Below, one piece after another: positions 1-11,935 of a stretch of 64,000 bases of DNA. The position numbers and the translations under genes were made by a program. Each line of letters starts with the position of its first letter. The stretch's first letter is position 1. This DNA is from Octopus bimaculoides (lineage: Eukaryota). The DNA is taken from contig NC_068983.1 of assembly GCF_001194135.2 (NCBI RefSeq), positions 61,559,413 through 61,623,412 of the forward strand. The letters run 5' to 3'. The notes under the pieces were generated by a model. The model was not told where the DNA came from and searched no databases. It saw nothing but the letters and a program-made list of their open reading frames with translations.

Positions 1-257
1 AGTGATCCCACTCAAATGGTGGTGTTAGCGCTCCACTGGCATGGGTACCAGTCATCGAATTTGGTTCAGTTTTGATCTCACTTGCCCCAACAGGTTTTTG
101 CAAGCTGAGTTTAGTGTCCAATGAAGGAAGGTTGGCATGGTTGCCAGTTGTCGAATTTGGTTCAAATTCGATTTTGATTTCACTTGCCTCAACAGGTCTT
201 CGCAAGCAGGGTTTTGTGTCCAAAGAAGGAAAGGTATGCATAAGTGGGCTGGCTACA
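1..257 (-). mobile_element. Probable RTE LINE 3' UTR fragment with an internal ~95 bp tandem duplication
   Basis: Two diverged copies of TCGAATTTGGTTC...CACTTGCC(C/T)CAACAGGT...GTGTCCAA(T/A)GAAGGAAGG at ~49-141 and ~146-233. RTE assignment is from recollection of octopus repeats, not verified. Confidence 0.35.
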
Positions 258-411
258 TTATATATATTATTATAAACAAGATTAAACTTAGATGTTCTCC
301 TGGGGCTACAAGCTACAGTAGCATTCACCCTTAGTGGTTAGATGCATTTAAGTGGCAAATACACTTCACGTTGTCGTGCAGCTACTGTTTATACATCGTT
401 CAGAGATTCAT

Positions 412-531
<120 letters not shown>

Positions 532-599
532 AGATACATGCATTCATTACTGTATCATGCATGCATGCACATATACATAATACATGATTGTATAATTTT

Positions 600-1480
600 G
601 ACAGATGGTATCTGCCTTAATCAACCTCATTCTGATAATCTCCATTACATTTATGTGTTTTGAGATAACTCGTAAGACCAGCAATTGACCTGTGCTTGGT
701 ACAACCATATGTGACAGATGAGATTCAAAACTTCTATAGGGTTTCTATAGCTTACATGTATTAAGTATTTGTTCATACCTGCTTTTGATGAAGTGCAATA
801 AGTCACATTGAACTGACCAGCATAATTTCTATTCATGAAAATATGACAATAACATTAGAAAAAAGTTTCCTGCCAGCATGTGTTTAGATTTGTGACTATT
901 CACCTCTAACTGGTTAAGCTTGAATGTGTTGCCACACATCCATTGCCACAAGACTTTCATAGAGAGACAAGATAAACCAGATGGAAATTGTCAGTGGCAC
1001 CCTCTACTCTACAAAAGCTGAAGATTGATGTTTTATGCTTTGCGTTGTATGCCAGTCTTCCAGCTCAAATTTGTTGAGGGCTTGAGGCTTCACCATTAAC
1101 CACAGTGATATACTAAAACTTCAACATAACATCTTCCGCTCAAGCTTAAAACCAGCCCTGATCCCACTCTCTAAGTATCAGTAACTGGAATCCAATGACA
1201 AACATTACAAAATGACTGACAGCTCCATTACCTGCAGGTTTGATTTCAGAGTACCCTATCTCAGACTTTTCCTATCAAAGATACCTACATTTTTTCAGAA
1301 ATGCACATCTGCTCACAATTGGATGGCCATTGACGCCTATGAGTTCATTAAAACCTTTAATGTGTCTTTTTCTTTGTATCTCACAGCGTATCCAAAAAAT
1401 TAGGCTTGGTGAGGTTACCAGTTTAGTTGTCAATGACTCATCCATGCAACAGGTTGTACTGAGTTCCATGTTATCAGTAG
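600..1480 (-). mobile_element. Highly decayed L1/Tx1-like RT remnant
   Basis: Minus-strand peptide remnants such as YSEIKPAGNGAVSHF (like YSxIxSxVxxNGxxSxxF) and a KAFDR-like GTATCTTTGATAGG; many stops. Confidence 0.25.
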
Positions 1481-2014
1481 CATTCTAGAGAGACTTAACA
1501 TAGCAGACACACAAACATGCATGCGTGCACACACACACACACACACGCACACGCGCGCACACACACACACACATTTATTGTGAAATTGAAGTGCACATTC
1601 TATGCTGCTGATGTGGTCATTAAGGATAATTAACCAGACATAAACATCAGTACTGGAAGTTAGTAAGAACTGCAGTTGATTGTTTTTATAAGTCTCTCGT
1701 TATTACAAGCACTGTCTTGGTCTTGTGAGCCATGATACTCAACTCTTCATTACTTTTCATACTGAATATTATGTATTCACTGCACATGATTGCTTATTGT
1801 CATGTCATTGTGACCTGAGCATTTGATAGTATTAATTCTAATATTCCAAAACATCAGCTGAACTACCTTAGTAAAACTACCATATATTTTATATTTTAAT
1901 ATTCAGTTCACTTGTAAGCAGAAATGTAGAAGAGAGGAGGAAGAAAACAAAATGGAATGTTTTAGATTACGACTTGTCATCTTAAAAAATAAGAAATTGT
2001 ACTTCAAAGAGAAT

Positions 2015-2415
2015 ATGTATGTATGTATGTATGTATGTGTGTATGTATGTATGTACGTATTTATGTATGTATGTATGTATGTCTGCATGTATGTACATAT
2101 GTATGTGTGTGTGTCTGTGTATATGTGTATGTACGTACATACGTATGTATGTATCTGTGTGTGTGTGTGTGTGCTTGTATGTACATATGTATGTGTGTAT
2201 GTATGTACGTATGTACATATGTATGAGTGTGTGTGTGAGTGTGTGTGTGAGTGTGTGTATGTGTATGTATATATATATATATGAGCGTGTATGTATGTAT
2301 ATATATCTATGTACATATGTATGTATGTGTGTTTGTATATATGCATGCATCTATGTATCTATGTACATACATATGTAAGTATGTATGTGTGTTCGTATGT
2401 AAGTATGCATGTATC
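2015..2415. repeat. Complex (TATG)n/(TG)n microsatellite running into a gap
   Basis: Directly visible; source of many spurious ORFs. Confidence 0.97.
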
Positions 2416-2731
2416 NNNNNNNNNNNNNNNNNNNNNNNNNNNNNNNNNNNNNNNNNNNNNNNNNNNNNNNNNNNNNNNNNNNNNNNNNNNNNNNNNNNNN
2501 NNNNNNNNNNNNNNNNNNNNNNNNNNNNNNNNNNNNNNNNNNNNNNNNNNNNNNNNNNNNNNNNNNNNNNNNNNNNNNNNNNNNNNNNNNNNNNNNNNNN
2601 NNNNNNNNNNNNNNNNNNNNNNNNNNNNNNNNNNNNNNNNNNNNNNNNNNNNNNNNNNNNNNNNNNNNNNNNNNNNNNNNNNNNNNNNNNNNNNNNNNNN
2701 NNNNNNNNNNNNNNNNNNNNNNNNNNNNNNN

Positions 2732-2998
2732 GTGGAACTTGTATTTTCAGTATTCTGCAATCTCATCATTCACTCTGCTCTTATCTTGAACTACTTCATT
2801 TCGGATACACTCTTGCAATGATATTCCTAGCATGGATCTTTCCATGGCCCTTTGCATTGTAGCTAATCGATGTTCTTTCTTTGTAGTAGTCCAGATCTCA
2901 CTTGTGTGTAAGAGTGCAGATAGAATTATTCCATTGAAGTGACTAAAAACAGAATGCAGTCTGAAGACATAGCACAAGGCTGAACAGAGGTGAGACAT
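2732..2998 (-). mobile_element. RTE-clade LINE ORF2 C-terminal fragment
   Basis: FNGIILSALLHTSEIWTTTKKEHRLATMQRAMERSMLGISLQECIRNE matches the RTE motif ILPALLYGSETW...QRAMERSMLG...IRNE. Confidence 0.85.
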
Positions 2999-3000
2999 GA

Positions 3001-3120
3001 TGAAATCAAGAAGTTAATAGAGTGCATCTACTTGGAGCACACAAACATGGCACTTGAATAAAGGATGCTGAAACATTGCAGAAGATAAGGGCAGGATGGA
3101 AGGAATTTACCTTGATGAAC
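3001..3120 (+). mobile_element. RTE LINE fragment (YLG...RIRAGW region), inverted relative to 2732-2998
   Basis: EIKKLIECIYLE followed by ETLQKIRAGWKEF, matching the RTE thumb motifs YLG and RIxxGWxxF. Confidence 0.6.
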
Positions 3121-3465
3121 AATGTACATACATATACACAATGTGGTGTTACATGTGGTGTTATGGGCTGTGATGAGCTATGTGCTGTTGGTGGAGAGGG
3201 ATCGCGGATGAAGCAAACGGAAGTGAAGACTGCAGGGGCCAGCGGAAGTCGTCACAGGCGGATGCGTGGACAGCGAGCACATATGGTCAGTTCGAGCAGA
3301 GACGGCATGCGTAGAAGTCATGGTTTGATCTGGAGTGATCGTTTATCCCGCCACGGTTGACAAGGTAAAATCACTGTATTTCTTTCTCCCTTTTGCTTCT
3401 CGTTGTCTTTTTCCTCCATCACACCACACACACATACATACAAATATATATATGTGTGTATATAG

Positions 3466-3500
<35 letters not shown>

Positions 3501-3502
3501 AG

Positions 3503-3811
3503 AAGGCATGTGGGTTTGTGGCTTGGGTATTTGGTTCATGATCATAAGCTGGTGAGTTCAATTCCTGGTGTTGTATTGTGTCTTTGAGCAAGGTGCTTTA
3601 TTTCACCTTACTCCAGTCCACTCAGTTGGCAAAAATGAGAAGTACCTGTAATTCAAACAGTCAGTCTTGTCACATTCTGTGTCACACTGAATCTCCCTGA
3701 GAATTATGTTAAGTGTACATGTGTCTGTGGAGTACTCAACCACTTGCAAGTTAATTTCACGAGCAGGCTGTTCTGTTGATTGGATCAACTGGAACTCTTG
3801 TTGTAACTCAT
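3503..3811 (+). mobile_element. tRNA-derived SINE (OK-like family)
   Basis: B-box-like GAGTTCAATTCC, then TGTGTCTTTGAGCAAGGTGCTTTATTTCAC...CCAGTCCACTCAG body; family name from recollection. Confidence 0.7.
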
Positions 3812-4223
3812 AGAGCACTGGTTTATATGTATGTATGTATATGTATGTATGTATATGTTGCTCTCCCTCTGTATTTTTTTACTTGCACATGTACACATAC
3901 ACACACACACTCACACACACACATGTAAATAGAGAGACAGAGAATTAGAGAGTGAAATAAAGAGAAGNNNNNNNNNNNNNNNNNNNNNNNNNNNNNNNNN
4001 NNNNNNNNNNNNNNNNNNNNNNNNNNNNNNNNNNNNNNNNNNNNNNNNNNNNNNNNNNNNNNNNNNNACACATGTAAATAGAGAGACAGAGAATTAGAGA
4101 GTGAAATAAAGAGAAGGAGGGAGAGAGAGGGATCGTTAATTTTTATTTCTTAGTATTTCTTATAATGCGGTCATTTATTTGGTATTTTCTTTTAATAATA
4201 ATGATGGTGATGATAATAATAAT

Positions 4224-5062
4224 AGTGCACAAGACCAAAGCCTCCCCACCAGAAATTACCAAAAACATATAATGAAAAGAAACATAACAAGTAACTGTAG
4301 AATATGTGGAGATGGACAAGAAACAATAAATCATATCTCTGGCTGCCCAGTCCTGGCTAAGAAGGAATATATTCACAGACATGACAAAGCTGGGACCTAT
4401 ATACACTGGAAGCTATGCCAACACTATGGAATAACAACAGAAAAAAGATGGTATAAACACACGCCAGGAAAGGTCACAAAAAACGAGAAAGCAACCATAC
4501 TCTGGGATATGCCAATACACACAGATAGAGAAATTAAGGAAAATAGACCAGATATAGTTGTCAAAGATCATGNNNNNNNNNNNNNNNNNNNNNNNNNNNN
4601 NNNNNNNNNNNNNNNNNNNNNNNNNNNNNNNNNNNNNNNNNNNNNNNNNNNNNNNNNNNNNNNNNNNNNNNNNNNNNNNNNNNNNNNNNNNNNNNNNNNN
4701 NNNNNNNNNNNNNNNNNNNNNNNNNNNNNNNNNNNNNNNNNNNNNNNNNNNNNNNNNNNNNNNNNNNNNNNNNNNNNNNNNNNNNNNNNNNNNNNNNNNN
4801 NNNNNNNNNNNNCCTATCATAGTAGGTGCCTTAGGTATAATAAAAAAATATTCAGACAAATACATAACAAAAACACCAGGACTTACAAATATATATAACA
4901 TACAGAAAATTGCACTACTGGGCACTGCACACATCCTACGCAAAACACTTTCTATACAGTAACCATAAGAGCATCACAGCAAACCACAGCACATACCCAA
5001 GGCACACAGAGCTGCGCTCGGTAGTGAAGTGAAAGCACGTTATAAAAATAAAACTACTGAAC
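4224..5062 (+). mobile_element. 5'-truncated R4/Dong-like non-LTR retrotransposon (TAA family), RLE C-terminus and 3' UTR
   Basis: AQDQSLPTRNY..CRICGDGQETINHISGCP (CCHC), RHDK, WD.PIHTDREIKENRPDIVV (PD..D nuclease), PIIVGALG...LLGTAHILRK; stop at 4960-4962; followed by (TAA)n. Confidence 0.92.
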
Positions 5063-5068
5063 AATAAC

Positions 5069-5103
<35 letters not shown>
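5063..5103 (+). repeat. (TAA)n tract at the 3' end of the Dong-like element
   Basis: Directly visible. Confidence 0.95.
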
Positions 5104-5105
<2 letters not shown>

Positions 5106-5199
5106 GCAAAAACAACAACATCCGCAACAATAATCTTCTCAACAACTCTAATGAAACAATATCCATTTTCTTCACCTCCCAATCTCCTCGATCACCTTG

Positions 5200-5990
5200 A
5201 GTTATCTATCAATCTTAGGTTTCATCTCATTTGTTCCATAAATCAACCATAAATAGGTAATGGAGCAGCTGAGAAAAAATTATGTTCACATCACAGAAAT
5301 AGCAAACATACTCAGTGAAAACGTCTCAAGATTCCTCTTGTTACATTCTCCAACGTAACTTCCTTTCTGAATAACAAGCAACTAAATATCAAAGAAATTA
5401 TTCCACCTCTCTGTAAATGTCTCCATTAGAATAGCTGCTGGCAGAATAGGAACAAAAGTGGTGTTCGTATATTTTTTTATCATTTTCATTTTCATGAATA
5501 TGCCAATGTATGATTTTGTTTCTTATATTCTCTCAATCATTTTCCCATCAAGCTTTTTTTCTTCTTTGCAGTTTCTCCAAGAGAATTGTTTTATTTTATT
5601 ATTAGATTTTGATTTATTTTATTATACATTTTCTTCTCTTCTATTTTTATATATTTTATATTTTTTTCCCCAAAACGTTGAAATCAAATTCTCCTTGTTA
5701 CAATATTTTTTCTTTCCAGCTGATTCAACTATGATCTGCCATGTCATATTTTTCCATTTAGTACTTTTCTTACTGCTAACAATTATGACATACCTGCAAA
5801 GACATACATCTACTTGCTATTTCTTCATGTTTTCTAATGATTTCTTCTTCCTAGGAAAGACATTACTACATTACTTTCCACTTGGCATTAAATCTGAACC
5901 ATCACTGTGGATATTACTTCTTGGCTGGTTCATTCAAATATCAAAAATAAATCTAAAGGAATGGGATAACAATCATCTTTATTTGATGTA
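5200..5990 (-). mobile_element. Possible decayed L1/Tx1 ORF2 C-terminal remnant
   Basis: Minus-strand VCHNCxQ and METFTERWNNFFDI* resemble the L1 zinc-knuckle region and terminal FxxxW motif; weak. Confidence 0.25.
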
Positions 5991-6094
5991 ACAATAATCA
6001 ATGATATATAATAAATTCTTGTTTTGGTATTATGCACTTGTGTTGTTCATGTCTTTTGCAATAACATTACAAAAGATGAAAGTAATATTAAGCT

Positions 6095-6501
6095 TTACTC
6101 TCTCTTTTACTCTTTTACTTGTTTCAGTCATTCAACTTTGGCCGTGCTGGAGCACCGCCTTTAGTTGAATCAAATCGACCCCAGGACTTATTCTTTGTAA
6201 GCCTAGTACTTATTCTATCAGTCTCTTTTGCCGAACCGCTAAGTTATGGGGACCTAAACACACCAGCATCAGTTGTCAAGCGATGTTAGGGCGACAAACA
6301 CAGACACACAAACCTATACACACACATACATATATACATATATACGATGGGCTTCTTTCAGTTTCCGTCTACCAAATCCCCTCACAAGGCTTTGGTTGGC
6401 CTGAGGCTATAGTAGAAGACACTTGCCCAAGGTGCCAACAGTGGGACTGAACCCGAGACCATGTGGTTGTTAAGCAAGCTACTTACTACACAGCCACTCC
6501 T
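6095..6501 (-). mobile_element. Full-length tRNA-derived CORE-type SINE (OR2-like)
   Basis: Minus strand: AGGAGTGGCTGTGTAGTAAG head, GCACCTTGGGCAAGTGTCTTCT CORE-like block, (CA/TA) middle, AAACAAGTAAAAGAGTAAAAGAG tail. Confidence 0.85.
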
Positions 6502-6779
6502 TAAAAATTACTTTGTATTTCTTCTCAAACTTCCGAATTTTAAAGCTTTTATGTAATCATTAATAATTCAGGCATAAAGCCAAGAGTTTTGAGGGTGGGG
6601 GTTCATTGCATCAATACCAGCACTTGACTAGTATTATATTTTATTGACAGAGGACCAAGATATCTAGTGCCTTGCTCAATGCAAGACCTGTCCTCCACAA
6701 CAGAGTAGTTAATGCCACTTCTCCCCTGCTGAAGAAGATTAGCCTGCAAGAGCCCTGTGCTGGTGCCAAATAAAAAGCT

Positions 6780-7055
6780 TCTTTGCCAGTGCCATATGAT
6801 AGCACTCATGCTGGTGCCATGCAAAAGCACCTATGCTGGTGTCACATAAGAGACACCCAGCACAATTTGTAAAGTGGTTGGTGTTAGGAAGGGCATCTAG
6901 CCATAGAAACCATGTCACATCAGACTGGAATCTGATGCAGCTCTCCTGCTTGCTGACTCTGGTCAAATTGTCCAATCCATGCCAGCATGGAAAAGAGATA
7001 TTAAATGACAATGGCAACGATGATGAAAATGATGATGATGATGATGATGATGACT
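6780..7055 (+). mobile_element. RTE-type 3' tail ending in (GAT)n
   Basis: GGTTGGTGTTAGGAAGGGCATC...CCATGCCAGCATGGAAA...(GAT)n, recurring in many copies in this window. Confidence 0.7.
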
Positions 7056-7722
7056 CTGAAAGTATGAAAGGCAAAGTTGACTTCAGCATTTGAACACAGA
7101 ACGCAAAGAGTTGGTCAAAATGCTACCGGGCACTTTTTTTTTTAATGCTGCAATGATTCTGTCAATCTACCACCCTAAAGATGTAATATAGTAATAAGAT
7201 GTTCTTATTGATGGATCCCATTGTTGGTTTGAGCTGACCCGAAGCTGAAAAACAATGCACTTAAAACTGAAAAATAGTTCATTAGCATACAGGCCTGAGC
7301 TTAATCACTTCATTAGAGGTAGTTAGAAGAAATGTTGCATTCAATAGATCTTATCCAGAAGGCTGACTACCTGTTGATAATATGCACAAACATGAACACT
7401 CAAATGGTTGATGATCATCTAATAAAACAATCATGAAAGAAAAAGAAAAGTTCAATAAATGCATGTTTGATCCTGTGTAGAAATGTGGAGTGAATATTTT
7501 GTGAAGTTACAGCTATACCATAGGACTGTTCAGTCGAACCTGTCTTCTGTGACTCAAACAACAAAAGTCAGAAAAAAACCTTGCAGTATTCCTTCACCAA
7601 TGTAAATAGTAGGATTTGGTAAATCTTCTCTGATATCTTCTCATATAATATTAAATTGGTTATCTGGTTTTGTGTTACAAACAGTATCAACTGTAAGAAA
7701 CTGATATTTTTCTTCAACAAAT

Positions 7723-7886
7723 AGGCACAAGCATGGCTGTGTGATAAGAAGTTTGCTTCCTAGCTACATGGTTCCAGGTTTAATCCCACAGCATAGTACC
7801 TTGGGTAAGTGACTTCTACTATAGCCTTGGGCCGACTGAAGCCTTGTGAATAGATTTGGTAGATAGAAACTGAAAAAAGTCCGTTG

Positions 7887-7943
<57 letters not shown>

Positions 7944-8168
7944 ATATGTGTCTTTGTGTCTATGTTTGTCCTCCACCACCACTTGAAAACTGGTATTGAT
8001 GTGTTTACATCCTGGTAGCTTAACAGTTTAACAAAAGAGACCGAGAGAATAAGTATCAAGCTTTAAAAAAAAATAAGTATTAGGGTCAATTCATTCGGCT
8101 GTAAATTCTTCAAGGTGGTACCCCAGTATGGTCGCAATATAATGAGTAAAACAAGTAAAAGGTAAAAA
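7723..8168 (+). mobile_element. Full-length OR2-like CORE SINE
   Basis: Same family as 6095-6501 in opposite orientation (ACCTTGGGTAAGTGACTTCTACTATAGCC...AAACAAGTAAAA). Confidence 0.85.
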
Positions 8169-8245
8169 ATAAATACACACATGCGCACACACACACACAC
8201 ACACACACGCACACACACACACACACACGCATGTGTATGCATGTC

Positions 8246-10547
8246 ATTGTTCAGTTTTATTTCAAGATTTCTTGCCAATAGAGAAAGAACTGGTTTCTAA
8301 CCTAAATCCAAAGCTCCTTCATTGGAATTTCAACATAAACAACAGGGTATTTTTGTATGTATGGATGTATGTATATGTGCAGATTTGTATGTTGTGTTTT
8401 ATGTATATATTTTTATGCATATAGCTGCATATCTAGATGTGCTCATATATATTTAATTGATAAACTTCTGGGAAATTTTACAGATTTTTACAGTTCCAGT
8501 GATGGATTGGATCTATAGTCTTAGAATTAGCTTCCACCTTTCTGGTTTTGAGAAGACTAATGTCTCAAGATTGGTATTTAGGCAGTGTGTTATGTATTGC
8601 AAGGTCCCAATAATTACAGGTATAAACCTGAACTTCTAATCTGCAGATTTCTCAATAGATCAGCATGGATATTCTCTTTTTCACTGATCTTCAGCTTTAT
8701 GTTAACACCTGCTGAGCAGCTAATTTTCACAACTGTCCACACTTTCTCTTTTCTATTCCAAATCATTATATCAGGCCTGTTGTGCTTTCACTGTTGAGGT
8801 TTTCACTGGGACATTCCACCAGTACTCCTTTTTATTATGTGTGGTTATGGCTTCTACCGTACTGTTCTGTGGGTTATCCTTCTGATGGATTTCATTATAG
8901 AGTGTCCTAGCTACAACATCATGTCTCATCGGTAGATAATACCATGATGACATTATTGGACATCTGCTTAAGATGTGGGTGATATCTTCAGTGTTAACTC
9001 CAGAAAGTCTGCATCGGTTGTCACAGTTTATTGGTTTTCTTGCATCTCTATCCCTTTTGTGTATCAGGTATATGGTTAATATTTCTTGTTCCTGGATTGC
9101 AAACACATACCCTTCAAAGCAGGAGGTAGTAATCCAGCTATTGGTCCATGACAGACTGCTTTGATGATCAATATTACTATCATCTCAGAGCTTTCTATTA
9201 ACATATTCATGCATAATCTTCTGCTCATATAGGCCCATTCTTTCATCTGATGATATGTTGTGGTAGAGTCATGTGACTTCTTTGGGTATGTATTTAAGGT
9301 TATCAGACAAGGAATGTTGCTCAACGACCTGCTTTTCAAGTCTTATGTTGTTATCAGCCACATATATGCAAACTTGGTCAAGGGATGCACTTTAACACTT
9401 TGTGGTTAAAAGATGTTACTGAAAGGATATGATATGACACTCAAAGGCATTTTGGATCAACGTTAAGCCTCTGCCGCCTTGTTTTCATTTTAGGTAGGGG
9501 TGGTTTACATCACTTTATGTGGAAATTATGTGTGCTTGTTAGTATTTTTCGGGTTTTCTCATCAATAGCTCAGATCTCATCAACCATCTAATCAAGCAGC
9601 CCAAATGTTGGTATGTTTACTGGCACTGCAAATACATTGGGGCTACTGTTTTATTGAATGCAAAGAGTTTTGAGGTCCAAATTTTCTTTATTTGGTTGTT
9701 ATATTCTTTAGTGACACATGTTTTGTTACAAGTGCCATTGTAAGATATGTTTTCATCCACTCCTAGACACCTGTAACATTCTTCATCAGATATAGGGGAA
9801 ACGGTCAAATCATTGCTGGAGATGTTGCTAGTCTGGTTTATAGTTTTCACCCTTTTCACGACCGTCCAACCCTACATCCTTTGGAAATGTTGTAACTAGG
9901 TCAAGGCTCTTTTTCATCTCATGCATATTCTTTGCATAAAGTTTCAAGTTATCCACAAAGAAACAGTGTGTAATTTTGGTATATCAGTTTCCTTGTGAAC
10001 CAGTGAGATATCCTTCAGACTTCCTTAACATGAATAACAAGGTGTTTAAAGAAAGTATAAATAACATCACAGAGAGGCTGTCCCCTTGTAATAAGCCTTT
10101 GTGATAATGCATTCTATCAGTGATAATACAGTCACTCTTTGTGTTTCAAGATGGTGGCCCACGATGAAGTCAGGTCAGCTATGGCTTTGACTATGCTCAC
10201 TGGAACTTTAGCAAGTTGAAGGGCCTCTAGCATCCGTGAGTGGAGAACAAAGTCAAAGGCTTTCTTGTAGTCTAGCCACATTGAAACTAGGTTCCTCCTA
10301 TGTACTTGCACCTCTGACATCACAGTTTTCTTGATTAACAATTGCTCGGTACATCCCCAGACTCCCTTCTTCCCAGCTGCTTGTTCTGCTGTGATGATGT
10401 TATTGGTTTCACAATGGTCCTGGGAGAAGAGGTTTAAGCATGCTGTATATATCTTATACATTAAGTTCTGGTATGCAATTGGCCGGTAGCATTTTGCAAT
10501 GTGGGTGGTTCTGTATTTGAGGACCAATTTTGTCTCTGCCAGAGCTA
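8246..10547 (-). mobile_element. 5'-truncated R4/Dong-like (RLE-bearing) LINE, TACA family, RT to 3' UTR, decayed
   Basis: YRPIAYQN, EQAAGKKGVWGCTEQLLI, WLDYKKAFD, QGDSLS, FVDNLKLY, GGRGL, AIQEQEI, CRL..EDITHILSRC, RHDVVA, WWNVPVKT, RPDIMIW, FIPVIIG; 3' UTR ends AATAAAACTGAACAAT. Confidence 0.9.
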
Positions 10548-10949
10548 ATGTATGTATGTATGTAAATACAAACTGGATTCATCATGAATTAAATAAACAA
10601 AAGTGTCAAGTAGAAATAGATAAATGACTGGGCTTGTTAATAATTTCTTTCAAAAAATATCATCAAGTTAATAATATCCTCGATTCTTAAAAGAAAACTT
10701 AAAAAAGACAGAAGACAAAAGAGAAAAAAATCCTATATTGAGAATGAAACATTAGCTCAGTTTTTGTTGATGTTTCCTGGCTTGAAAGAAATGTGACTTG
10801 TTTACAACACAATTTCAAAGTAGAATGGCTGTTTATATTTGCAACTGAATTGGATGAGGGTTGTGGAACATGAAAGCTCCTGGCAAGTTTAGATTGTAAA
10901 CTGATTTCAATTGATGGAAGTCACTTAAGCTTTTGATGCCTTTGGTGAT

Positions 10950-10962
10950 ACACACACACAAA

Positions 10963-11018
<56 letters not shown>

Positions 11019-11292
11019 CACATGATACAGCTTCTTAGTTTCTGTTTCTATAGCAACAAAGAGTTTCTCTAGGTGTTTCTCTTGTTGTATTGATCAAACT
11101 TAAGGAATGAATATGATGTTGCATGGTATAGAGACAAGGGTCCTGAATGTAGAAGATAAGAGGGAGAAATGAGTATGTAATATAAACCTGCATAAAAATG
11201 AGACCATGGTGGGGAGAGAGGGAGAGAGAGAGAGAGAGAGACAGAGAGGGGAGAGAGAGAGAGACAGAGAGAGAGAGAGAAAGAAAGAGAAA
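10950..11292. repeat. (CA)n (10950-11022) and (GA)n (11214-11292) microsatellites
   Basis: Directly visible. Confidence 0.9.
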
Positions 11293-11744
11293 AGCTGGTT
11301 ATTATTAATTTTAATGTAAACAAAAACAACTGTACTGGAGTGGGAAAATATAGAAGTGTTGAAATCAGATTGATCTTTGGCTGGTGGATTGCACATATGA
11401 GATGACAAAAGATCACAATGAATAATGATACAAGTATGACAATCTCTTCATCTTACAAAAAAAAAAAGGATAAAGCTCCTTCTTTAGTCATATAGACTCA
11501 TAGCATCAGTTTCCCAGATTCTCTGGTCCACACCCTACTCCTCACTGGACAAGAGGCCAGTCCATCCCAAGGATACTCATCTTTGCTTGCTGAGTGGATT
11601 GGAACAACTTGAAATGAAGTGTTTTCTCTCAAGAACACAATGCATCGCTTGGAATTGAAACCACAATCTTATGATTATAAATCCAACACTTTAACTAAGC
11701 TGTATGCCTCCTTCAACAGAATATAAAAATGGATGTTAAGGTGT

Positions 11745-11915
11745 ACACACACACACACACACACATATACATATATATACCACAGGCTTCTTCCAGTTTC
11801 CATCTACCAAATCCACACACAAGGCTTAGAAGAAGACAATTGCCCAAGGTGCCATGCAGTGGGACTGAACCAGGAACCATGCAGTTTGGGAAGCAAGCTT
11901 CTTACCACACAGCCA
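11745..11915 (-). mobile_element. Partial OR2-like SINE (5' half)
   Basis: TTGCCCAAGGTGCCATGCAGTGGGACTGAACC...CTTACCACACAGCCATGCCT. Confidence 0.75.
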
Positions 11916-11935
11916 TGCCTGCATCTATATATATC

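Noticed and set aside
1364-1488. Strong acceptor followed by RIQKIRLGEVTSLVVNDSSMQQVV
   Set aside because: No good donor, no frame continuity with the 605 candidate, and it overlaps the antisense of a probable L1 remnant
3917-4116. ~50 bp direct repeat flanking a 100-N gap
   Set aside because: Identical sequence on both sides of a gap is typical of unmerged overlapping contigs
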